NCBI RefSeq assembly: GCF_963921235.1
Contig: NC_086108.1
Location: forward strand, 53,942,001 to 54,006,000
DNA length: 64,000 nucleotides
Source of the DNA: Mobula hypostoma
Taxonomy: Eukaryota
Direction: 5' to 3'
Part shown: positions 23,545 to 36,544 of the stretch, one piece after another
How positions within the stretch are numbered: the first letter of the stretch is position 1
Layout: every line of letters starts with the position of its first letter
Translations under genes and position numbers: made by a program
Notes under the pieces: model-generated
What the model was told of the DNA's origin: nothing
The model's input: only the letters and a program-made list of their open reading frames with translations
Database searches by the model: none

Positions 23545-26500
23545 TCATAGAAACATAGAAAACCTACAGCACAATACAGGCCTTTTAGCCCACAATGCTG
23601 TGCCGAACATGTACTTACTTTAGAAATTACCTAAGGTTACCCATAGCCCTCTATTTTTCTAAGCTCCATGTACCTATCCAGGAGTCTCTTAAAAGACCCT
23701 TTTCTATCTGCCTCCACCTCCGTTGCCGGCAACCCATTCCACACACTCACCACTGTTTGTGTAAAAAAAACTTACCCCTGACATCTCCTCTGTACCTACT
23801 TCCAAGCACCTTAAAACTGTGCCCTCTCGTACTAGCATCTAAGCCCTGGGAAAAAGCCTCTGACAATCTGCTAATTAAATTTGCCAATGACACTACATTG
23901 ATTGGCCTAATCTCAAACAATAACGAGAAAAGAAAAATTATGTATAAGATGATGAGAGGCATTGATAGTGTGGATAGTCAGAGGCTTTTTTCCCAGGGCT
24001 GAAATAGTTGCCACAAGAGGACACAGGTTTAAGGTGCTGGGGAGTAGGTACAGAGGAGATGTTAGGGGTAAGTTTTTTACTCAGAGAGTGGTGGGTGCGT
24101 GGAATGGGCTGCTGGCAACAGTGGTGGAGGCGGATACGGTAGGGTCTTTTAAGAGACTTTTGGATAGGTACATGGAGCTTAGGAAAATAGAGGGTTATGG
24201 GTAAGCCTGGTAATTTCTGAGGTAGGGACATGGTCGGCACAACTTTGTGGGCCGAAGGGCTTGTATTGTGCTGTAAGGTTTCTATGTTTCTATCCACACG
24301 ATCAATGCCTCTCATCATCTTCTACACCTCCATCAGGTCACCTCTCATTCTCAGTCGCTCCAAGGAGAAAAGGCCAAGTTCACTCAATGGATTCTCATAA
24401 GGCATTGCTCCTCAATCCAGGCAACATCCTTGTAAACCTTCTCTGCACCCTTTCTACAGTTTCCACATCATTGCTGTAGTGAGGTGACCAGAACTGAGCA
24501 CTATACTCCAAGTGGGGTCTGACCAGGGTCCTATATAGCTGCAACATTACCTCTCCGCACTTAAACTCAATCCCACGATTGATGAAGGCCAATGCACCGA
24601 ATGCCTTCTTAACCACAGAGTCAACCTGCACAGCAGCTTTGAGTGCCCTATGGACCCAGACCCCTCTGATCCTCCACACTGCCAAGAGTCTTACCATTAA
24701 TACTGTATTCTGCCATCATATTAAACCTACCAAAATGAACCACCTCACACTTATCTGGGTTGAACTCCATCTGCCACTTCTGATCCCAGTTTTGCATCCT
24801 ATCAATGTCCCGCTGTAACCTCTGACAACCCTCCACATTATCCACAACACCCCCAACCTTTGTGTCATCAGCAAATTTACTAACCCATCCCTCCACTTCC
24901 TCATCCAGATCATTTATAAAAGTCACAAAGAGAAGGGGTCCCAGAATAGATCCCTGAGGCACACCACTGGTCACCGACCTGCAGCAGAATATGACCCATC
25001 TACAACCACTCTTTGCCTTCCGTGGGCAAGTCAGTTCTGGATCCACAAAGCAATGTACCCTTGGATCCCATGCCTCCTTACATTCTCAATAAGCCTTGCA
25101 TGGGGTACCTTATCAAATGCCTTGCTGAAATCCATATACACTACATCTACTGCTCTACCTTCATCAATGTGTTTAGTCACATTCTCAGAAAATTCAATCA
25201 GTCTCATAAGGCATGACCTGCCTTTGACAAAGTCATGCTGACTATTCCTAATCATATTATGCCTCTCCAAATATTCATAAATGCTGCCTCTCAGGATCAC
25301 CTCCATCAACTTACCAACCACTGAAGTAAGACTCACTAGTCTATAATTTCCTGGGCTATCTCTACTCCCTTTTTTAAATAAGGGAACAACATCCGTAACC
25401 CTCCAATCCTCTGGAACCTCTCCCATCTGCATTGATGATGCAAAGATCATCACCAGAGGCTCAGCAATGTCCTCCCTCGCCTCCTACAGTAGCCTGGGGT
25501 ACATCTTGTCCAGTCCCGGCGACTTATCCAATTTGATGCTTTCCAAAACCTCCAGCACATCCTCTTCCTTAATATTTACGTGCTCAAGCTTTTCAGTCCG
25601 CTGTAAGTCATTCCTACAATCGCCAAGATCCTTTTCCATAGTGAATACTGAAGCAAAGTATTCATTAAGTACCTCTGCTATCTCCTCCAGTTCTATACAC
25701 ACTTTTCCACTGTCACACTTCATTGGTCCTATTCTCTTACATCTTATCCTCTTGCTTTTCACATACTTGCAAAATGTCGGGGTTTTTCTTAATCCTGTCC
25801 GCCAAGGCCTTTTCAGGGCCACTTCTGGCTCTCCTAATTTCATTCTTAAGCTCCTTGCTGCTAGCCTTATAATCTTCTAGATCTCTATCATTACCTAGTT
25901 TTTTGAACCTTTCGTAAGCTCTTCTTCTTGACTGGATTTACAACAGCCTTTGTACACCACGGTTCCTGTACCTTACCATCCTTTTCCTGTCTCATTGGAA
26001 CATACCTATGCAGAACTCCACACAAATATCCCCTGATCATTTGCCACATTTCTTCTGTATGTTTCCCTGAGGATATTTGTTTCCAATTTATGCTTCCAAG
26101 TTCATGCCTGATAGCCTCATATTTCCCCTTACTCCAACTAAACGCTTTCCTAACTTGTCTGTTCCTATCCCTCTCCAATGCTATGGTAAAGGAGATAGAA
26201 TTGTGATCAATATCTCCAAAATGCTCTCCCACTGAGAGATCTGACACCTGACCAGGTTCATTTCCCAGTACCAGATCAAGTACAGCCTCTCCTCTTGTAG
26301 GCTTCTCTACATATTGTGTCAAGGAACCTTCCTGAACATACCTAACACACCCCAACTAAACCCCTCATTCTAGGGAGATGACATTCAATATTTGCAAAAT
26401 TAAATCTCCCACCACAACGACCCTGTTATTATTACACCTTTCCAGAATCTGTCTCCCTATCTGCTCCTCGATATCCCTGTTACTATTGGGTGGTCTATAA

Positions 26501-28065
26501 AAAACACCCAGTAGAGTTATTGACCCTTTCCTGTTCCTAACTTCCACCCACAGAGACTCAGCAAACAATCCCTCCATGACTTCCTCCTTTTCTGCAGTGT
26601 TTATCTCTGATCAACAGTGCCATGCCCCCACCTCCTTTGCCTCCTTCCCTGTCCTTTCTGAAACATCTAAAGCTTGGCAGTCGAAGTAACCATTCCTGCC
26701 CCTGAGCCATCCAAGTCTCTGTAATGGCCACACTATCATAGCTCCAAGTACTGATCCACGCTCTAAGCTCATCCGCTTTGTTCATAATACTCCTTGCATT
26801 GAAATAAACACATCTCAAACCATCGGTCTGAGCACGTCCCTTCTCTATCACCTGCCTATCCTCCCTTTCGCAATGTCTCCAAGCTTTCTCTATTTGTGAG
26901 CCATCTGCCTCCTCCTCTGTCTCTTCAGTTTGATTCCCAGCAGTTCTAGTTTAAACTCTCCCTAATAGCCTTTGCAAACCTACCCGCCAGGATATCGTTA
27001 CCCTGGGATTCAAGTGCAACCTGTCCTTTTCGTACAGATCAGGCCTGCCCCAAAAGAGGTCCCAATGATCCAGAAACCTTAATCACTGCCCTCTGCTCCA
27101 ATCTCTCAGCAACGTATTTATCCTCCACTTCATTCTATTCCTATTCTCACTGTCACATGGCAGAGGCAGTGGTCCTGAGATTACTACCTTTGAGGTCCTG
27201 CTTCTCAGCTTAATTCCTAACACCCTGTAGTCTGCTCTCAGGGCCTCCATCCTTTTCCTACCTATGTCGTTGGTACCAATATGTACCACGACCTCTGGCT
27301 GTAATTCTTCCCACTTCAGGATATCGTGGACGCGATCAGAAACATCACAGACCCTGGCACCTGGGAGGCAAACTACCTCTGTGTTTCCTTACTGCATCTG
27401 CAGAATCACCTATCTGACCCCCTAACTATAGAGTCCCCTATCGCTGCTGCCATCCTCTTCCTTTCCCTACCCTTCTGAGCCACAGGGTCAGACTCTGTGC
27501 CCCAGGTGCAGCCACTGTTGCTTCCCCCAGATAGGCTGTCTCCCCCCGCTCCCTAACATTACTTAAACAGGTGTCAAAGGGTACAGCCACAGGGGTACTC
27601 TCTAGCATCTGACTCTTTCCCTTCCCTCTCCTGACTGTTACCCACTTATCTGTCTCACGAATCCCTGGTGTAACTACCTGCCTATAGCTCCTCTCTATCA
27701 CCTCCTCACTCTCCCTAACCAGACATGGGTCATTGAGCTGCGCCTCCAGTTCCCTAATGCGTCCCTAAGGAGCTGCAGCTTGACTCGCCTGGCACAGATG
27801 TGGTCGTCCAGGAGGCTTTGAGTCTCCAGGATTTCCCTCATCTGACATCAAGCACAGAATACTGGCCTCACACACATTCTTTCTGTCTGTATTCTCCGCA
27901 GGCAACCTACCTCGCCTCGACCCGTAAATGCCTAAACCCCGTTAAGCCAAAGCCTTTCTACTGTCTCCCTCTACTCCTTCACCCATTCCTCTGACACCCG
28001 CTCTATAAAGCTGTCTCCTTTTAAACTCTTCTCACTGTTCTACCTGGCTGACGTCCACACGCTTA
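23545..28065 (-). mobile_element. Near full-length degenerate CR1 LINE (ORF1 SGNH esterase, ORF2 APE-RT)
   Basis: ORF1 VHIGTNDI (27289-27083); APE YFNARSI, ITETW, DLVLGNEP; RT YMDFSKAFDKVPH, GVPQGSILGP, KFADD; (TTCTATGT)n tail at 23545; interrupted at 23864-24290. Confidence 0.92.
23938..24292 (+). mobile_element. CR1 3' tail inserted antisense into the CR1 above, preceded by a Rex1 RT fragment (23864-23925)
   Basis: MYKMMRGID...; tail ttctatgtttcta; LIKFANDTTLIGLISNNNE immediately upstream. Confidence 0.8.
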
Positions 28066-28069
28066 GGCT

Positions 28070-28640
28070 CTGGCTCTTCCCCCTTCCTCTTGAGAATATT
28101 CTGCAGGCGCTCCGAGACTTCCTGGTCTCTAGCACGTGGGAAGCAACACAACATTCTGGCATCTCTTTTTTGGCCACAGAATCTTCTATTCCCCTAACTA
28201 TCAAGACTCCTATCACTATCACTCTGCCTGACTTTACCTTTCCCTGCTGAGCTTCAGAGCTGGCTACAGTGCAATTGGCCTGGCTTCTGCTGCTGCTGTG
28301 ACCTGATAGGCCATACTCCAGCAGTATCCAAAGGTGTATACATGGTGTTAAGGGGAATGGTCACAGGGGAACCCTGAAGTGACTGCTCTCTCCCTTCACT
28401 TCAGGTGGCTACCCATCTACCATATGAAATCTGCACTCTGGGTATTACCACCCAGTGAAAGTTTCATCTGTGAGGTTTTCAAGTTCTGGATGATCCTGAG
28501 TACATCCAGCTCTCACTCCCCTTCCATGACTTTGACAGTCAGGAACATTTCCTGCTGATGTAGTCATCAGGGAGACTGTTAGGTACCCCGTAATTCCACA
28601 TCTCACAGGAGGAGCATCACCACCTGAACCATCCTGCCTA
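28070..28640 (-). mobile_element. Older CR1 ORF1 fragment
   Basis: VIGVLIVRG (GDSIVRG-like) and Cys-rich N-terminal remnants on the minus strand. Confidence 0.6.
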
Positions 28641-28989
28641 CACTAAACTAAGGACTAAGGGAAAAAAGCTTAAATGTTCTTACCTGTGTCTTCTCTATGA
28701 AATCTCTGCATTTAGCACTCACTTAGGTCACTTACTCAGCCTCTTCTCATCAAATTTGTTATACTTTTGACTCCAACTTCTCAAGCCCATGTTCCACAAT
28801 GAAATCAAATGGTAACAAATGAATCAGCACCCTTAGCCCCTGCCTGTTCTCAACAAATCCTGTTAAGCTGAAGCTTGATCACTCTAATAGTGGCCCACTC
28901 CAACAATGGCTGCTCTGCTTACTCCTCCCTCCATTTTATTGGTTCAAGTAAAACTCACTCCCAACGAGACTTGTTCTTTTCAAATACTA

Positions 28990-30781
28990 GAGAGGTACTA
29001 GAGAGTACCCTAGTGGCTGTCCCCCTTAACAATAAGTATTCCTACTTGAGTACTGTTGGGGGGGGACAGCCAACCTGGGGGAAGCAACAGTGGTCATGCC
29101 TCTGGCAAAGAGTCTGGCCCTGTGGCTCAGAAGGGTAGGGAAAGGAAGAGGATGGCAGCAGTGATGGGGGACTCTATAGTTAGGGTGTCAGATAGGCGAT
29201 TCTGTGAACGCAGGAAAGAAACACGGATGGTAGTTTGCCTCCCAGGTGCCGGGGTCCAGGATGTTTCTGATTGCGTCCACGATATCTTGAAGTGGGAAGG
29301 AGAACAGCCAGAGGTCATGGTACATATGGGTACCAATGACATAAGAAGGAAAAGGGAGGAGGTCCTGAAAACAGACTACAAGGAGTTAGGAAAGAAGTTA
29401 AGAAGCAGGACCTCAAAGGTAGTAATCTTGGGATTACTGCCTGTGCCACGTGACAGTGAGTATAGGAATAGAGTGTGGTGGAGGATAAATGCATGGCTGA
29501 GGGATTGGAGCAGAGGGCAAGGATTCAGATTTCTGGATCATTGGGACCTCTTTTGGGGCAGGTGTGATCTGTACGAAAAGGACAAGTTGCACTTGAATCC
29601 CAGGGGGACTGATATCCTGGCAGGGAGGTTTGCAAAGGCTGTTGGGGAGAGTTTAAACTAGAATTGCTGGGGGGTGGGAACCAAACTGAAGAGGCGGTTG
29701 GCTCACAAATAGAGAAAGCTTGGAGACATTGTGAGAGGGAGGATAGGCAGGTGATAGAGAAGGGACGTGCTCAGACCGGTGGTTTGAGATGTGTCTATTT
29801 CAATCCAAGGAGTATTATGAAAAAAGCGGATGAGCTTAGAAGGTGGATCAGTACTTGGATCTATGATGGTGTGGCCATTACAGAGACTTAGATGGCTCAT
29901 GGGCAGGAATGGTTATTTCAAGTGCTGGGCTTTAGATGTTTCAGAACATCGGGACAAAGGGACATTGATAGGATGCAAAACTGGGCTGAGAAGTGGCAGA
30001 TGGAGTTCAACCCAGATAAGTGTGAGGTGGTTCATTTTAGTAGGTCAGATATGATGGCAGAATATAGCATTAATGGTAAGACACTTGGCAGTGTGGAGGA
30101 TCAGAGGGATCTTGGGGTCCAAGTCCATAGGACACTCAAAGCTGCCATGCAGATTGACTCTGGTTAAGAAGGCATACGGTGCATTGGCCTTCATCAACCG
30201 TGGGATTGAGTTTAAGAGCTGAGAGGTAATGTTGCAGCTATATTGGACCCTAGTCAGACCCCACTTGGAGTACTGTGGTCAATTCTGGTCGCCTCACTAC
30301 AGGAAGGATGTGAAAACCATAGAAAGGATGCAGAGGAGATTTACAAGGATGTTGCCTGGATTGGGGAGCATGCCTTATGAGAATAGTTGAGTGAACTCGG
30401 CCTTTTCTCCTAGGAGCGACGGAGATGAGAGGTGACCTAATAGAGGTGTACAAGATAATGAGAGGCTTTGATCATGTGGGTAGTCAGAGGTTTTTCTCCA
30501 GGGGTGAAATGGCTAGCATGAGAGGGCATAGTTTTAAGGAGCTTGGAAGTAGGCACAGAGGAGATGTCAGGGGTAAGTTTTTTTACACAGAGAGTGGTGA
30601 GTGCATGGAATGGGCTGCTGATGACGGTGGTGGAGGCAGAAACGATAGGGTCTTTTAAGAGACTCCTGGATGGCTACATGGAGTTTAGAAAAATAGAGGG
30701 CTATGGGTAAAGCCTAGGTAGTTCTAACTAGCTTTGTGGGCTGAAGGGCCTATATTGTGCTGTATGTTTTCTATGTTTCTA
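28990..30781 (+). mobile_element. Internally deleted CR1 LINE with open ORF1 esterase domain
   Basis: ORF 29056-29661: GDSIVR, PGAG, GTND, DKLHLN (SGNH blocks); ORF2 jumps from APE N-terminus to RT C-terminus at ~29950; tail tttctatgtttcta. Confidence 0.88.
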
Positions 30782-30829
30782 AATGGTTCCCACCCTGCAA
30801 TGATCTCACTCTCTCACTTGCTAATTCAA

Positions 30830-31370
30830 AAACCATATAACCATATAACAATTACAGCCCAGAAACAGGCCCTTCTAGTCTGTGCCGAACTCTTACTCTC
30901 ACCTAGTCCCACCGACCTGCACTCAGCCCATAACCCTCCATTCCTTTCCTGTCCATATAGCTGTCCAATTTAACTTTAAATGACAACATCGAACCTGCCT
31001 CAGCCACTTCTGCTGGAAGCTCGATCCACACAACTACCACTCTCTGAGTAAAGAAGTTCTCCCTCATGTTACCCCTAAACTTTTGCCCTTTAACTCTTAA
31101 CTCATGTTCTTTTGTTTGAATTTCCCCCACTCTCAATGGAAAAAGTCCATCCACGTCAACTCTATCTATCCCCCTCATAATTTTAAGTACCTCTATCAAG
31201 TCCCCCCTCAACCTTCTACGCTCCAAAGAATAAACACCCAACTTGTTCAACCTTTCTCTGTAGCTTAGGAGATGAAACCCAGGCAACATTCTAGTAAATC
31301 TCCTCTTTACTCTCTCAATTTTATTGACATCTTTCCTATAATTCGGTGACCAGAACTGTACACAATAATG
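30830..31370 (-). mobile_element. CR1 3' fragment, second family
   Basis: ORF 30903-31376 (YCVQFWSP...RRRLRGDLIEV); tail (TTATATGG)n. Confidence 0.85.
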
Positions 31371-32113
31371 ACTCACACCCGATAAGACTTATTCTTATTA
31401 AATGACTCCTGTCATGTAACAATGTCACACTCTCACTCTTGGTAGTCACCCATCTACTGTCTGAAACCTGCACTCAGGGTGTGACCACTTCAGTAAAAGT
31501 TCCATCTGTGAGGTTTTATTTATGAGATTCTTGCCTGTAAATGATACTTTTCACTTTGCTTGCTGCCATGTGTGAGCAGGTGGGGCAGTTGCTGAAATAT
31601 AGTGGTTTTCAAACTTCTAACAGTACCTCGGGAAAAGGTTGAGTGCTTCACTCCTGATGTTAGACCTTAAGATTAACCTCATTCAACTGCTGCTTTATTA
31701 TAGACCTAAGGTTGTCATTGGGTTCCTAAGCATAAATGCTCCATCTTCCCCTCCACCTAGGTACAAGGACAATTATTTTTTAACCTTTATGTTGCTGAGG
31801 GAAGTGATCTCAGCTGAGATACAGTGTATGGTCGACAGCTGTCCACCAATACCATATCTTATTGATCGTTCTTCTGAAACAAGGCAGATTAATAAATGCT
31901 GGTGGGTGATTTTATCTTTGAAGGCCTCATAACTGAACCAAAATATCCGCAGTTACCAACCACTTGAGTTTATCAGATGTTAAGTGCATAGCGGAAATGG
32001 GCAATGGAAAGAAATTTGAGGGTGGTTGTACATTGAGGAATCCAAATATCTGAATATGTCTTTGTAAGCACACAAGCACTTTATTAATAAAATATCATTT
32101 TATACAACTTTAG

Positions 32114-32195
32114 GGCATTTCTGCATACCCAGTTAAAGAAGATCTACTGGAATGGGTGGCCACAGTGCAAGGATTGAAAGATTCTCTTTGGGAAG
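32114..32195 (+). CDS. UBE2U: UBE2U-like coding exon 2 (GISAYPVKEDLLEWVATVQGLKDSLWEG)
   Basis: ctttag| ... g|GTAAG, 82 nt, phase 0 to 1; typical UBC-fold 'GISA-P---DL-EW---GL--S-WEG' segment. Confidence 0.92.
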
Positions 32196-32769
32196 GTAAG
32201 CATAGAACTAAACTTCTTTCATTTATCATTTCTGAAAATGATTGTGTGGTACAGAGCAAACAAAAATTATGCTTCCTGCATCAGCAGAAGTTGTCAATTA
32301 ATAATTTAAATGAAAAGACTAAACAAAGATCCTGGAAGTCTGTTTCAGATTTTCAGCTATTCTAGAATTACACTGCCTTTTTTTCTGTCTGCAGTTTTCT
32401 GCTCTAATGAATTTGAGCAGATTAACATTTTCTCTTTCTTCTATTGTTCAAGATTTCATTTTGAGGCTAATTGGGTAGCAGTTGGGGTTGAAATTGTAAA
32501 GGAAGTTCCATTCTGTAGTAAACAATTTTAACTATTAATTTCAGATTTTGAGGCTTTAAGCTCAAAAATCATTATTTTTACCCCCATGTTTTTCTATTAT
32601 TTTTCTCCCAAGCCTTCAGTTCTGAGGTTCTTACTGCAGGGTAATTGCTTTAGGAATTTATGTGTATTTTCATCTACAACAGTGTTAACATAATTCTCCC
32701 AATCTTGATCATTCATCTCTCTTTCTCCTTCCCCTTTATACTTGTTTTTATTTTCCCTACACATGCACA

Positions 32770-32915
32770 ATCTGTCTCTTTGTCTATCTGTCTGTCTGTC
32801 TGTCTGTCTGTGTGTCTCTCTCTCTCTCTCTCACACTCACACACACACACACACACACACCCACCCACCCACCCACCCACCCACACCTACCTACCTGCCT
32901 ACCTACCTACCTGCC
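32770..32915. repeat. Compound microsatellite (TCTG)n(TC)n(CA)n(CCCA)n(CCTA)n
   Basis: Directly visible. Confidence 0.95.
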
Positions 32916-32994
32916 TGGTATATGGAATTTTGTCCATGTTCTCCTGGACCACTAAATTCTTGATGTCTGTTTGCTGGGTTTGCATGGGCTGTTA

Positions 32995-34300
32995 TTTCAA
33001 GTTCAAGTTTATTGCTATCTGATTGCACCTATATACAACCAAACGAAACAACATTCCTGCAGACCACAGTATACCCACAATACATATATCGCATGCGGGA
33101 CATTAAACATAATATTATAACAAATTACTTGATAAAATATATCTCAAAGTGCAGGTGAAGTGCACAGCAGAGGTAACAGTAAACAGCTCACTGTCCTGGT
33201 GATGAGACCTCAGTGGTGGTAGGATATTCATTGGTCTCACAGCCTGCCAAAGAAGCTGTTACCCAGCCTGGCAGTTCTAGTCCTGATGCTCCTGTACACC
33301 ACTCCTGATAGTAGTGGGCCAAAGAGATTGTGGGATGGATGGTAGGGATACTCAACAATGCTTTAGGTCCTTCAAAAACACACTCCCAGTAAATAAGGGG
33401 GAGGGAGACCCCGGCGATTATCTTGGCAGTTTTTGCTATCCTCGGTATAATCTTGCAACTTCAGTATCACTCAATGATACAGCCGGACGAGACACTCGTT
33501 GTTGTTGATGAGGCCAGCTGCTGTTGTATCATCAGCGAACTTGATGATGCGGTATGAGCTGGTTTTGACAGTGCAGTCATGAATCAGCAGTCTGAACAAC
33601 AGTGGGCTGAGCACACAGCCCTGGGGTCAGCAGTGCTCATTGTGATGGAGCTTGAAATATTGCTGCCAACTTGGGCTGATTGGGTCTTGTCTGTAAAAAA
33701 ATACAAGATCCAGTTATATAGAGGTGTGTTGAGTCCTAATGATGACACACTAGCCTCTGAGGCGTGATCATGTTAAATTCCTGGCATATGAGGCATCATT
33801 TTCTAGATGGGACAGGACGGTGGGGAGGGACGAGGCTATGGCATCATCAATGGACTGGTTTGAGTAGTAGGTGAACTGGAAAGGGTCCAATGTAGCTGAA
33901 AGGTGGGATTTTATATGAACCATTACCAGCCACTCAAAGCACTTCCTGATTATTAAGGTCAGTGCCACTGGGTGGTAATCATTTAGCCAGTTACCATCAT
34001 ACTCTTGAGCACTGGAATGAAGACAGTTGCCTTGAAGCCTACAGGGACAGTCAGCTATTGCTAGAGATCTTAAAGATGTCCACTAAGACTTCTGTTAGCG
34101 AGGCAGCATCTATTAAAACCTCCATCAAAGTTGCTGGTGAACGCAGCATCTCTAGGAAGAGGTGCAGTCGACGTTTCAGGCTGAGACCCTTCGTCAGGAC
34201 CTCTGTTAAAACCTCCATTAGTTGGGCTGCACAATCCCTTAGCACCTGACCAGGTCCTGATTTCTGATCTTAGTAGGATGATAAACTTCAAGTCATCTTA
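32995..34300 (-). mobile_element. Degenerate Rex1/Babar-type LINE
   Basis: LRDCAAQL, ALTLIIRKCFEWLV, LDPFQF, KFADD on the minus strand; tail ttcaagttcaagtttatt. Confidence 0.8.
34126..34205 (-). mobile_element. Mini Penelope-like insertion with intact antisense hammerhead
   Basis: Reverse complement GGTC-CTGACGA-AGGGTCTCAGCCT-GAAACGTC-GACT at ~34176-34201; duplicated ttaaaacctccat at 34113-34125 and 34206-34218. Confidence 0.8.
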
Positions 34301-35518
34301 GTGTACTTCTGATACATCACTGAAATTGTCTTGTGGAACTCCATTGCTGAAGGGTGGAGAGCAAGTCTACCCCAAGTGACATCTGAAAATTGGATTAAAG
34401 AAAATACAATGTTAAAAATTGAGTCAAAGCTTATAGCAGAAAAATAATACTGTAAGATTTCTGAAGTGTTTCATGTTGCATAGAATAAATAATCACTGTT
34501 AGGAATAATAATATAATTAAAACCATGCTGTTTTTCTCTTTTCTGGTGTTCTGAATTAACATTGACAGGAATAAGTTAGATAAAAATTAAGATCTTCAAT
34601 TACTTAGTATACTGAAGTCACGAATGCAGTTCTAATTTAACATTGATTCCCATTTGATAATCCCTGCACAAAAAAAAGTTAAATATTTACATTGTCCTGG
34701 TATAATAAAAAATAGATTCTTCTTTTATAAAAGAATATTGAATTATTTCATAAAATATCAAAAGGAATACAGTCCAAGATGCTACTTTATTTTCTCATGA
34801 AGTTTAAATGAGTTCAAACCTTTCCCATTAATTCTGTCAATAAAGGGGCCAACCAGTTGGAAAATCCTAAAGTGTGCTATTGGCTGATCTCAGTGAGACA
34901 GCATCACATGTTTCAGCTCCTGATCATTGCTTATTAATCCCTGCTGGGATGTGTACAAGCTGGGCAAGGACAAGAATGGATTCAGTTGTGCTGATTTCCT
35001 CAGCTAAATAGTTAGAGAAATTCTTCTGTTGAACGGTAACATCACTTTGCATGTCAGAAGAAAACATATTAGTTGGAAAGAAATTGCACTTACAGAGTGA
35101 CCAAAGTTCTTGTAGTAATATGACTCATCTGGAAGTCATCTGGAAATTACCAGAACAGTAAATAAAGTCATGATCTATTAGTCATTTCTTCTTTGTCACC
35201 CCTTGAAGCTAAAAATATCTTGCTTCCACTGCAGCTCTGGAGGTTCTGAAGTATCCAGAATCCACATGTGTAGCATTTGGTGCTTGTGAGAAATTGATTG
35301 TGTTCGGTGAGATGTGCAGTCCTTCCACTGTTTGCACATATCCTCAGTAGTGCCATTCTGAGATTGCCTCCATTTTGTATTGTCACTCTTAAGATACTAT
35401 CACTAATCCATGAGAATGTTAGTTTTTTTTAGGTGACTTTGAGAATGTCCCTCGTGGAAGTCTCTTATCTTAATGGAGCTTGGAGTATAATGCTTATTTA
35501 AACAACCTAGTGTCATAC

Positions 35519-35556
35519 ATGATGATGATGATGATAATGATGATGATGTTGATGTT
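35519..35556. repeat. (GAT)n microsatellite
   Basis: Directly visible. Confidence 0.9.
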
Positions 35557-36085
35557 GCTTACCTATTGACACTTGGCTTGCATGACTAAAGCCTTGAAGT
35601 AGGAGGTGCTGGCCTGGAAGAGAATGCTGGCATTGACTTGATATTGCTGCTATTGTATTACAAGTACTTTGTGGAGACATCAAAGAATTCTCCAATGCTT
35701 TGGGGGATCATTTCTTCCATCCTCAACTTTCCATTACATGTTCTCAAGGGATCCAATGACATGTACCAATTGTTGTTGCTTGAATGAAATCACTGGAGAG
35801 AGAGTTACTGGTAGATACAAAGCAGCTTCTTTATTGGACAAAACAAGGTACAGCAGGCATACGGAGACCCTTCCGATGGAAAGATCTGCTGCCCAACGTG
35901 GGGCTTGATATTTATTTGCTACACACACAAAGGACAATTCCATATTTACGAAGTATAGACAATGCTTTCTTTTGAAGCTACATACAAACTTCACACTCCC
36001 CGGTTACATCCATCCCGCTGGCGCCAGCAGCATCTGGACTGGGCTTTTAGGAATCCATTGTTCCAAACTGAATCCACAATACATT

Positions 36086-36544
36086 GGCATGAACACCGAC
36101 TTCTCTAACTTCCGCTAATGCCCCACCTCCCCCTCATACCCCATCTGTTACTTATTTTTATACACACATTCTTTCTCTTACTCTCCTTTTACTCCCTCTG
36201 TCCCTCTGAATATACCCCTTGCCCATCCTCTGGGTTCCCCCCCCCGTCTTTCTTCCTGGACCTCCTGTCCCATGATCCCCTCGTATCCTTTTTGCCTATC
36301 ACCTGTCCAGCTCTTGGCTCCATCCCTCCCCCTCCTGTCTTCTCCTATCATTTTGGATCTCCCCCTCCCCCTCCAACTTTCAAATCCCTTACTCACTCTT
36401 CCTTCAGTTAGTCCTGACGAAGGGTCTCGGCCTGAAACGTCGACTGCACCTCTTCCTAGAGATGCTGCTTGGCCTGCTGCGTTCACCAGCAACTTTTGGG
36501 TGTGTTGCTTGAATTTCCAGCATCTGCAGAATTCCTGTTGTTTT
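36086..36544 (+). mobile_element. 5'-truncated Penelope-like element (end of GIY-YIG ORF + pLTR)
   Basis: GMNTDFSNFR* followed by pLTR; 11-bp TSD cacaatacatt at 36075-85 and 36545-55. Confidence 0.9.
36410..36445 (+). ncRNA. Minimal type I hammerhead ribozyme (intact core, GUC site)
   Basis: AGTC-CTGACGA-AGG-GTCTCGG-CCT-GAAACGTC-GACT. Confidence 0.8.

Noticed and set aside
32613..32640. Candidate 28-nt cassette exon (cccaag|...cagg|gtaatt)
   Set aside because: Would shift the frame between exons 2 and 3, which join correctly without it; no supporting evidence.
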